Shown one piece after another: positions 56,643 through 64,000 of a stretch of DNA of 64,000 nt. The stretch covers positions 199,265 to 263,264 of the forward strand of contig PQXB01000001.1 in the NCBI GenBank assembly GCA_003194425.1, written 5' to 3'. The notes below the pieces were generated by a model. It was not told the DNA's origin. It ran no database searches and was given only the letters and a program-made list of their open reading frames with translations. The stretch comes from Candidatus Methanophagaceae archaeon. GTDB lineage: Archaea; Halobacteriota; Syntropharchaeia; Alkanophagales; Methanospirareceae. Position numbers and translations under genes: made by a program. The first letter of the stretch is position 1. Every line of letters starts with the position of its first letter.

Positions 56643-56807
56643 TTTCTCCCCTCCTCCGCTGCTGAGTGCCTTACTTCTGCTTAGCTTGCCTTAAATTCGC
56701 TTAGCTTTGCTTCTGCTTGGCTATTTTATAGGAGGTAAAAAAGCAATGAAAAACGAAAAGAAAAAGGGTTCTTTTCTCAAATTCGTGCTTAGTAGCAGAA
56801 GAGGAGG
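56643..56807 (-). other. Small 23S rRNA intron (about 165 nt) at roughly E. coli position 1927, just 5' of the conserved GGTAGCG
   Basis: An AT-rich, low-complexity insertion interrupts ...GTAACTCTGACCCTCTTAA | GGTAGCGTAGTACC. The intron termini are mutually complementary (CCTCCTCTTCTGC ... GCAGAAG..GGAGG), consistent with a bulge-helix-bulge substrate. Boundaries are accurate to about 3 nt. Confidence 0.55.
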
Positions 56808-57352
56808 TTAAGAGGGTCAGAGTTACCCCCGCCGTTTATAGGTCCTTCAACCCCTTGAAAAGGGCTTTCAGATACCTACACTGGGCAGGAGTCAGTGACC
56901 GTACTAACCCTTACGGGCTTGCGGTCACCTGTGTTGTTATTAGACAGTTAGCCTTCCCTTGTCACTGCGACCTGCCTCTCGCAAGGCAGGCACTCCTTCT
57001 CCCGAAGTTACAGAGCGATTTTGCCGATTTCCCTTAGCTGGATTTCCCCGACACGCCTGAGCCTTCTCAGCTAGGGGCACCTGTGTCGGTTCTCGGTACG
57101 AACGACCAGCCGCCTTTTTCACGGGCTCCTGGGCTTGACTGACTTCCTTGCGGAAGCCTTAACACATTCGCCCGCTTCTCGCCGTTACGGCTCTCCACGG
57201 GCTTCGGTGCTTGGACAGTGCGATGACACTGCTCAATCTACCCAGAAGCGTCAGGTGTCCTGTCCTCGCGGACGGACGTAGGCTGGACGGCGCAGGAATA
57301 TTAACCTGCTTCCCATTTGATGTGCTCCAGTTGGGACACATCTTAGGATCGG

Positions 57353-57383
<31 letters not shown>

Positions 57384-58629
57384 AACCTAGCCCCTTCGGC
57401 GGTCGGGATTCTCACCCGACTTTGCTGCTACTATCGCCAGGATTCTCGTTTCTGCCCGGTCCACACCTTCTCACGAAGATGCTTCCGCCCAAGCAGAACG
57501 CCCCTCTACCGGATCTCCCGCCTTAAGCAGGAGCCCTGGGGTCTCGGTGGTCGGCTTGAGTCCCTTCCATTTTCGATGCTACAGACCTCGGCTGGTGAGC
57601 TATTACGCTTTCCTTAGAGGGTAGCTGCTTCTAAGCTAACCTCCCAGCTGTTTGTGGTCTGCAACGCTCTTTAGTGTTAACACTTAGCCGACACTTGGGG
57701 ACCTTAACCTCAGTCTGGGTTATTTCCCTCGCGGACTGGGAGCTTACCCCCCAGCCCGGACTCCGACCTTCTACAACGATGGCGCCTTCGGAGTTTGACA
57801 GGAGGGCGAGGTCTTTCGACCCCGGGTCCTCCAATCGGTAGCTCTACAACGTCATCAATCTCCAGTCGGGTCATACTTTGGTATGTTTCGAGGGGAACCA
57901 GCTATCGCCGGGTTTGATTGGCCTTTTACCACTAAACGCAGGTCATCCGAGAGATTTGCAAGTCATCACCGGTTCGGCCCTCCATCCTCCTTTCGGAGAA
58001 CTTCAGCCTGCCCACGCTTAGATCACCCGGCTTCGGGTCATATTCCAATGACTCCACGCAGTTCGTACGTCGTTCCTCTCCCTACCTTCCTTTCGAAAAG
58101 ATGCGGATGCGAACTTGTTGGTTACCCTGCGGCTCCCCTTTTTCAGGTTAGCCTCGCCACTGAAATATACTCCCTGGCCCGTTCTCCAGAACGTACGATG
58201 CGACCCTGTTCCAGAACCCTCGTACTCACCCCTCGCGGGATTTTCCTTCGGACCCCTTCGTCACTTTCAAGCCGCATCACTCTATCACCATTTAATTTCA
58301 GGCTCTTTTCACCTCCTTATTTGGGGTACTTTTCAGCTTTCCCTCACGGTACTATTCCGCTATCGGTCTCAAGACGTGTTTAGTTTTGGAGGTTGGTAGC
58401 CCCCAGATTCCCGCAGGAAATTCAACCTACGGTACTCAAGTAAAGAGTCAAGCCCTCTGCCTTACGCCTACGAGGTTTTCACTCTCTTTGGCGCCGCGTT
58501 CCAGCGGACTTCGGCTTCAACAGGTCGGGCTTACACGACCCCCACTTACAACACCACATCTCCCTTCCCTTTCGAGAGGGATTCGGTTTGAACTCCGCCG
58601 TTTTCACTCGCCGTTACTCACGGCATCTC

Positions 58630-58741
58630 AAACCCCTTTCTTAAAACATTTTCTTAAAAAAAAAATCTTTACCAAAAGAACCAAAAGATTCTTTCCGTAA
58701 AGGCTTTCTTCTAAAGAAAGGCTTTTAAGAAAGGGTTTATT
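58630..58741 (-). other. Small 23S rRNA intron (about 110 nt) near E. coli position ~222 (between AGAAATCAA and GAGATGCCGTGAGTA)
   Basis: An A/T-rich palindromic insertion has complementary termini (AACCCCTTTCTTAAAA ... TTTTAAGAAAGGGTTT). Flanking sequences are conserved 23S domain I. Boundaries are approximate. Confidence 0.5.
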
Positions 58742-59125
58742 GATTTCTCTTCCTGCTCCTACTAAGATGTTTCAATTCAGAGCGTTCCCAATCCCACTAC
58801 TAACGCAGCAGGACCGACCCCGAAGGGTCAAGAGTTCCCATTAGGGCATCCTCGGTTCAAAGGCTCCTTGTACCTACCCGAGGCTTCTCGCAACTTGGCA
58901 CGCCCCTCTTCAGCGCTTGAGCCGAGCCATTCATTAAATGGCATAAATACCAGCATTTCACCTCTCCCAAGCTCATTAAATGTCAGAGTTGCAAAGTGCG
59001 TGTGACGACTTCACCTGGCAGAACGAGACAGTGCAACCTTAACTCACTGCACTGCCCTCTGCCATCAGTCCTTCGCTGAACGACAACCCGTGTCGTCAGG
59101 TGCATTTTTTCCTTTCCACCAAGAG

Positions 59126-59198
59126 TGGACTCGCTGGGATTTGAACCCAGGGCCTTCGCCTCGCAAAGGCGACGATCTTCCAACTGATCTACGAGCCC
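59126..59198 (-). tRNA. tRNA-Ala (anticodon UGC) in the 16S-23S spacer
   Basis: GGGCUCG acceptor stem with a G3-U70 pair, anticodon loop UUUGCGA, T-arm CUGGGUUCAAAUCCCAG. Confidence 0.8.
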
Positions 59199-59360
59199 CG
59201 TTCCGTTCTCTACCCAGCCACTTATTTGATTTATTCTAACTTAAACTTACTTTACTAAGTTTAGTTTTACTTTACCTAACCCGACGCTCTTTCAGTTCTG
59301 ACTGGTAAGAAAAAATTAGGAGGTGATCCAGCCGCAGATTCCTCTACGGCTACCTTGTTC

Positions 59361-60096
59361 ACGCGGTTCCCCATGTCGCCATGAGGCGTGGACTATATCA
59401 CCATCTCAAGGACTTGCTTCTTTCTGGGATGATTCGAGCCGATCAAATATGCAAAATCCCTGTAGGATTCACATCGGACAAAGAATCTCCAGTAGCACGG
59501 GTCATTTTTCTTACTCGGGTTGTGGATTTTTCCGCATTTTATCCCAAGCTCGGTAAGAAACGAACATACTTCTTCAAGGTCTTTCTTATCCTTTTGTGCG
59601 AAGTAAATGTACATTCGTGCACCCGGCTTCTTCGGAACACTACCTTCTGCATCGAAGTATCCACGAACGTAGTCTATTTTGTTCTGTCGAGTCTCGATTT
59701 TTGCATCGCGCAAAATAAATTTGGAGAACTCGACAACATAGACATTTCGCGATTTTCCTTCGCGGTAAATCCACGCATTGTATCCCATTTTACGAATCAT
59801 CGCTGTGATGAAGTAGATGAATGATTCATCGTTCTGGGTAACACGATATGTGTATTTCCGCTCAGTTGCATCATGCAGTATTCCTATGAGATAGGCTTTC
59901 GTCATCCCTTCTTTACCTTGAGAGCTCGGCGTGTAGTCTCTGAGGGGTCAAGAACCTAAACAAAAAAAGAAAAGGTTCCGACTTCCCTGCTGATTGACCC
60001 CACCCAACCCGTTGCCAGGTTGGGATACACGGGTGTTTCCAGCATATAGCCAAGTTTTTCCCAATCCCTCGCGGGAAAGGGGTCGCAACTTTCTTA
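59361..60096 (-). mobile_element. 16S rRNA intron (about 735 nt) at roughly E. coli position 1499/1500, within the universal AAGTCGTAA|CAAGGTAGCC, carrying a homing-endonuclease ORF
   Basis: The conserved 3'-terminal motif is split: ...GGGGGCTAAGTCGTAA [insertion] AACAAGGTAGCCGTAGAGG.... The insertion is AT-richer than the exons and contains the LAGLIDADG ORF. Boundaries are accurate to about 2 nt. Confidence 0.75.
59393..59905 (-). CDS. LAGLIDADG-family homing endonuclease (double-motif, intron-encoded)
   Basis: Motif 1 is KAYLIGILHDATE and motif 2 is VRGYFDAEGSV, the canonical LAGLIDADG/GFFDAEGS motifs. The 170-aa ORF lies entirely inside the 16S intron. Confidence 0.8.
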   Translation of the reverse strand: MTKAYLIGILHDATERKYTYRVTQNDESFIYFITAMIRKMGYNAWIYREGKSRNVYVVEFSKFILRDAKIETRQNKIDYVRGYFDAEGSVPKKPGARMYIYFAQKDKKDLEEVCSFLTELGIKCGKIHNPSKKNDPCYWRFFVRCESYRDFAYLIGSNHPRKKQVLEMVI

Positions 60097-60173
60097 CGAC
60101 TTAGCCCCCCTTGCGAGACTTAGGTTCGAACGCGTCAAGAAACGCGGCCTCACCTAAACCCCACTCGGCTGGC

Positions 60174-60214
<41 letters not shown>

Positions 60215-60627
60215 CCCCATTTTGAGGGGCGATTACTACGGATTCCTCGTTCACGAGGGCGAGTTGCAGCCCTCGATCCCAACCAGGAGCAGCTTTAGGG
60301 GATTACCTTCCCCTTTCGGGGTCGTTACCCATTGTACTGCCCATTGTAGCACGCGTGTAGCCCGGAAGATTCGGGGCGTACTGACCTACCGTGGCCCGCT
60401 TCTTCCTCCACCTTAGCGGCGGCAGTCCTCGCAGAGTGCCCATCTTCCTTGCGGAAATGCTGGCAACTGCGAGTGCGGGTCTCGCCCGTTGCCTGACTTA
60501 ACAGGATGCTTCACAACACGAACTGCCGACGGCCATGCGCCACCTCTCAGCTAATCCAGTAAGGTCTTCAGCCTGACCTTCATCTCGCTGTCCCCTCCGG
60601 TGAGTTTTCCGGCGTTGAATCCAATTG

Positions 60628-60678
<51 letters not shown>

Positions 60679-60792
60679 GCTGCCACCGCTCGCTCTCGCC
60701 TCTCTCCCTGTTTTTCAAAAAAATGTTGAAAGAAAAAAAAGAAAAAAGAAAAGTAGGGAATTAGGATTTTGGGTTGAGCGAGTGCTGGTTTC
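60679..60792 (-). other. Small 16S rRNA intron (about 112 nt) at roughly E. coli position 908 (GGCTGAAAC|TTAAAGGAATTGGCGG)
   Basis: An A-rich insertion with complementary ends (CCGCTCGCTC ... GAGCGAGTG) interrupts the universally conserved 907-926 region. Confidence 0.6.
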
Positions 60793-60910
60793 AGCCTTGC
60801 GACCGTACTCCCCAGATGGCGGGCTTAACGGCTTCCCTTCGGCGCTGACATCGCTCGCAGCAATGCCAACACCCAGCCCGCATCGTTTACAGCCAGGACT
60901 ACCCGGGTTT

Positions 60911-61110
60911 TTAGTGAGAAGGGAGAAAACATTTGAGTTTGATGACTTTGTCCGGATGAATAATCTTCACTTACTGTCACTCTTAGACTTACTGTCAAAG
61001 ACTTACTGACAACCTTAACGATCTTGGTGTAAGTCTTCAAGAACGATTCTACTCTGCGTTCCAATTTCACATTGGCATCATCCATTTGTTTTGTTTTCTC
61101 CCTCACTCAT
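60911..61110 (-). other. Small 16S rRNA intron (about 200 nt) at roughly E. coli position 793/794 (GGATTAGAT|ACCCGGGTAGTCC)
   Basis: The insertion splits the universal 785-805 motif. The termini form an inverted repeat (AGTGAGAAGGGAGAAAACA ... TGTTTTCTCCCTCACT). Internal CTTACTG(T/A)CA tandem units are present. Confidence 0.6.
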
Positions 61111-61352
61111 ATCTAATCCGGTTCGCGACCCTGGCCTTCGTCCCTCACCGTCGGACCCGGTCTGGTCAGACGCCTTCGCTGCCGGTGGTCCCCCAAGGAT
61201 TAAAAGATTTCACCCCTACCCCTGGAGTACCTCTGACCTCTCCCGGTCCCAAGCCGAGCAGTATTCCCTGAACGCCTGACCGTTAAGCGGTCAAATTTCC
61301 CAAGGAACTTACCCAGCCGGCTACGGACGCTTTAGACCCAATAAACGTGGCT

Positions 61353-61397
<45 letters not shown>

Positions 61398-62079
61398 ACC
61401 CAGCCCTTCCTTCAGGTGCTCTTTAGACACCTGAACAGCCTCCGTTGGAGGCACTCAGAGTTCCCTTATCGCGCTTCCGCGCATTGTAAAGTTTTCGCGC
61501 CTGATGCGTCCCGTAGGACCTGGGTTCTTCTCTCAGAACCCATCTCCGGGCTATTGCTCTCACAACCCGTACCGATCGTCGGCTTGTTAATCCGTTACAT
61601 TAACAACGACCTAATCGGCCGCAGACCTATCCTTGGGCGCCCCGCCTCTCGACGCGGCTTTCGAGCATCGCGCATTCCAGCTGCCGATGCCCTATCCGGT
61701 ATTAGCCCCAGTTTCCCAGGGGTTGTCCCAGACCCAAGGGCAAGTTGTCCACGTGTTACTGAGCCGTCCGCCGGGTTACCTCGCATTCTTCTCCCGAAGG
61801 AGAAAAAAGGAGGCACCCACGACTAACATGGCTTAATCGAACTCTGATGGCAGTAGCCTCTGGCAGGATCAACCAGTATTGAACTGCAGGGTTTCACAAC
61901 ACATTGCACACACTTCTCTGCACTTACCTACCTTCTACACTGTTTCTTACTCACCAATCAGATTTACTGGCTCGTCAGATTAGGCTTACGTCGGACACGA
62001 ACCTGCTTTCTTTCGCGGCCCCACTTTTTTTGCAGCGCAGCGGAAGTCAATTCCGCTTGCTACAAATACACATTTAATC

Positions 62080-62098
62080 TGTCTCTATAAAAACCTTC
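62080..62098 (-). promoter_or_regulatory. Putative rRNA operon promoter (archaeal TATA box)
   Basis: The minus-strand reads GAAGGTTTTTATAGAGAC about 200 nt upstream of the 16S 5' end. Confidence 0.4.
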
Positions 62099-62105
62099 AA
62101 TTTTT

Positions 62106-63614
62106 TTATCGTGATTTTATCCTGAATATCCGCTCTCGTGCCTTCTTTTCCAACTCGTCCGCGGAGATCCCTATTTTTGCTGCGCCCTGCCCCTGCGCGG
62201 TCATCCCCACCGCGACCGCCTCGCGCACGTACATCTCGCTCTCGTCCATTCCGGGAATTATGTAGCCCTCGCTTAACCCTTTCCCCTTCCCTTCTTCCTC
62301 CGCGTACTTCGCGATTGCGTTCGCCGCCGCGAGGCACATCTCGTCTGTTATGCATGTGGCACGCACATCTAGAGCGCCCCTAAAGACCGCAGGGAAGCCC
62401 AGAGAATTATTTACTTGATTCTCGAAGTCGCTCCTCCCGGTGGCAACAATCCTCGCCCCCGCCTCCTTCGCTTCCCCGGGCCAAATCTCTGGCACCGGAT
62501 TCGCACACGCAAAGACAACCGCGTCGTCCGCCATTCCCTCCACCCACTCCTTTTTTATCACGCCCGGACCCGGCGTCGAGAGCGCGACGCAAACATCCGC
62601 CCCGCGCATCGCCTCTTTAATTCCTCCGCTTCTACCTTCTTTGTTCGTCTTCTCGCAGATTTCCCACTTGCTCTTGTCCCCGCTCTCTCCACTCTCTCCA
62701 CTCTCTCCACTCTCTCCGCTCTCTCCCGCTCTCTCCCCAGCTCTCTCCTCCCCTCTCCCTCGCACGTCCTCTCTCTCCCGGTTCAAGATCCCGCGGCTGT
62801 CCACCACTACCAAATTTCCCCACTTCGCCCCCGCAACGCGCAAGTATTTCGCGACGCAAATATTCGCCGCACCCGCGCCGACCAGCGCAACAGTCACCTC
62901 GCTCAGCCGCTTCCCCACCACTTTCAACGCGTTCAGCAGCCCTGCGAGAATTACCAACGCCGTCCCCTGCTGGTCGTCGTGCCAAACCGGCACCCCCAAC
63001 TCAGGCAACTCCGCCTGCAGCCGCTCCAGAATGTAGTAGCACTTCGGACTCTCAATGTCTTCCAAATTCACGCCCCCAAACCCGGGCGACAGCCACTTCA
63101 CCGCGTTTATTATCTCCTCCGCATCTGTCGTCGCCAAGCAAAGCGGGAACGCGTCCACGCCGCCCAAATATTTGAAGAGCATTGCTTTGCCCTCCATCAC
63201 AGGAAGCGCCGCCTCCGGTCCCACATTTCCCAGCCCCAGCACCCGCGTCCCGTCGGTAACAATCGCCACCGAATTGCCCTTGTTCGTGTACTCAAAGACC
63301 CTCTCTCTGCTGTTTTTTATCGCACGGCTCGGCACCGCCACTCCCGGCGTGTACCAGACTGCGAAATCGTCGTAGCTCTGAACCGGCGCCTTCAGCCCGA
63401 TTTCGATTTTCCCTCTGTATTGAGCGTGGCGTTCTAAAGCGAGCTCTTCGGGCTCGGACTTGTTTGGCGCCACTAACGACTCTTTCTTCACCTCTCCCTT
63501 CTCCTTCTTCTCTTGTCTCCTCTTGATAATTACTCTTGTCTCTTCTTGGTCTTGATAAACTTTCCTCTCTTCTTGGGAATTCTTTTTAATCTCTAATAAG
63601 AGAGAAAATATCAA
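62106..63614 (-). CDS. NAD(P)-dependent malic enzyme. The true start is probably downstream of the AT-rich N-terminal extension.
   Basis: DDFAVWYTPGVA, AIVTDGTRVLGLGNVGPEAALPVMEGKAMLFK and GAGAANICVAKYL are malic-enzyme signatures. It contains a 12-bp x5 in-frame repeat encoding GESGESGESGESGESG. Confidence 0.85.
   Translation of the reverse strand: MIFSLLLEIKKNSQEERKVYQDQEETRVIIKRRQEKKEKGEVKKESLVAPNKSEPEELALERHAQYRGKIEIGLKAPVQSYDDFAVWYTPGVAVPSRAIKNSRERVFEYTNKGNSVAIVTDGTRVLGLGNVGPEAALPVMEGKAMLFKYLGGVDAFPLCLATTDAEEIINAVKWLSPGFGGVNLEDIESPKCYYILERLQAELPELGVPVWHDDQQGTALVILAGLLNALKVVGKRLSEVTVALVGAGAANICVAKYLRVAGAKWGNLVVVDSRGILNREREDVRGRGEERAGERAGESGESGESGESGESGDKSKWEICEKTNKEGRSGGIKEAMRGADVCVALSTPGPGVIKKEWVEGMADDAVVFACANPVPEIWPGEAKEAGARIVATGRSDFENQVNNSLGFPAVFRGALDVRATCITDEMCLAAANAIAKYAEEEGKGKGLSEGYIIPGMDESEMYVREAVAVGMTAQGQGAAKIGISADELEKKARERIFRIKSR
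62681..62745. repeat. In-frame tandem repeat, 12-bp unit x about 5, inside the malic enzyme gene
   Basis: The plus strand reads CTCTCTCCACT... It encodes (GESG)n on the minus strand. Confidence 0.9.
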
Positions 63615-64000
63615 ATGAAAATATCAATGGACATTGAGCTGAAGGACATTCCGGGTCAGTTGGTGCTGGCACTGAAGCCTGTCTCGGACTTCGGCGGAAA
63701 TATCCTCAGCGTGCTGCACCAGCGAGAGAAGAAGACTCCCTCGGGCAAAATCCCTGTTCAAGTGGTGCTCGAAATCGCAGAGACTGCGACTGCAGAGAGG
63801 CGGTTGGAGGGGCTGGTAGAGGAGTTAAAGAAGCAGGGGGTGAATGTTGTAAGGGTGGGAAAAGAGCGGCTGCGGGAGTCGGTGGTCGTTCTCCTGATCG
63901 GACACATCGTGCACACAGACCTGCGAGAGACGATTGACAAAATAGACCGCACGGGGTTCGCAGAAGTAGTCGCACTCACTCTTTCAATGCCCGGCGTGAA
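63615..64000 (+). CDS. ACT-domain-like small-molecule-binding protein (partial, continues past the window end)
   Basis: Hand translation from ATG 63615 gives MKISMDIELKDIPGQLVLALKPVSDFGGNILSVLHQ...VVLEIAETATAERRLEGLVEELKKQGVNVVRV, a beta-alpha-beta-beta-alpha-beta ACT-like pattern. Confidence 0.4.
   Translation, partial: MKISMDIELKDIPGQLVLALKPVSDFGGNILSVLHQREKKTPSGKIPVQVVLEIAETATAERRLEGLVEELKKQGVNVVRVGKERLRESVVVLLIGHIVHTDLRETIDKIDRTGFAEVVALTLSMPGV

Noticed and set aside
57883-58700. Several 90-170-aa ORFs on both strands (57883-58383, 58115-58399, 58386-58700)
   Set aside because: They lie entirely within 23S rRNA sequence. rRNA genes commonly contain chance ORFs.
62415-63437. 340-aa plus-strand ORF
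   Set aside because: It is antisense to malic enzyme, Pro/Arg-rich, with no start context.

Overview
High-GC archaeal chromosomal segment of mostly housekeeping genes with one rRNA operon and several unusual features. The rRNA operon has the euryarchaeal-type layout: 16S, tRNA-Ala in the spacer, then 23S, all on the minus strand.

Genes I can support from motifs, in window order:
- An oxygen-detoxification cluster on the minus strand: FprA N-terminus, rubredoxin, flavodoxin, ferritin, peroxiredoxin and superoxide reductase.
- PCNA, glutamine-dependent NAD synthetase, glutamine synthetase, glutamate dehydrogenase, HisF, a CarS-like membrane protein, and two NuoL/MnhD-like antiporter-type subunits.
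- The conserved archaeal block aIF1A, Rio1 kinase, KH protein and PIMT.
- Prolyl-tRNA synthetase, riboflavin genes (RibB, RibK, pyrimidine reductase), TsaA/TrmO, MptA, MetV/MetF, a UDP-sugar dehydrogenase, agmatinase, class I lysyl-tRNA synthetase, H+-pyrophosphatase, MoaC, Sec61beta, glycosyltransferases, ribosomal protein P1, DtxR and malic enzyme.
- Eight tRNAs, two of them tRNA-Leu with introns.

Features most worth a second look:
- A compositionally foreign AT-rich two-gene island (about 18.44-20.29 kb). It encodes a wHTH (HARE-HTH-like) protein and a PD-(D/E)xK-like nuclease. It looks like a horizontally acquired, possibly novel restriction or defence module.
- An rRNA operon riddled with introns. 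The 16S has three, one carrying a LAGLIDADG homing endonuclease. The 23S has two small ones.
- The 23S gene is cut off at about E. coli position 2300 by an AT-rich element encoding an HTH protein. The 3' part of the 23S gene is not in the window.
- Perfect short tandem repeats with 12-30 bp units are pervasive. In coding sequence the unit is always a multiple of three, which gives low-complexity insertions in many housekeeping proteins.
- gdhA has clearly foreign composition.
- A 1103-aa secreted protein fuses a PQQ beta-propeller to a BtuF/FhuD-type binding protein, next to DtxR.

All functional calls come from motif recognition by eye. No database searches were run.
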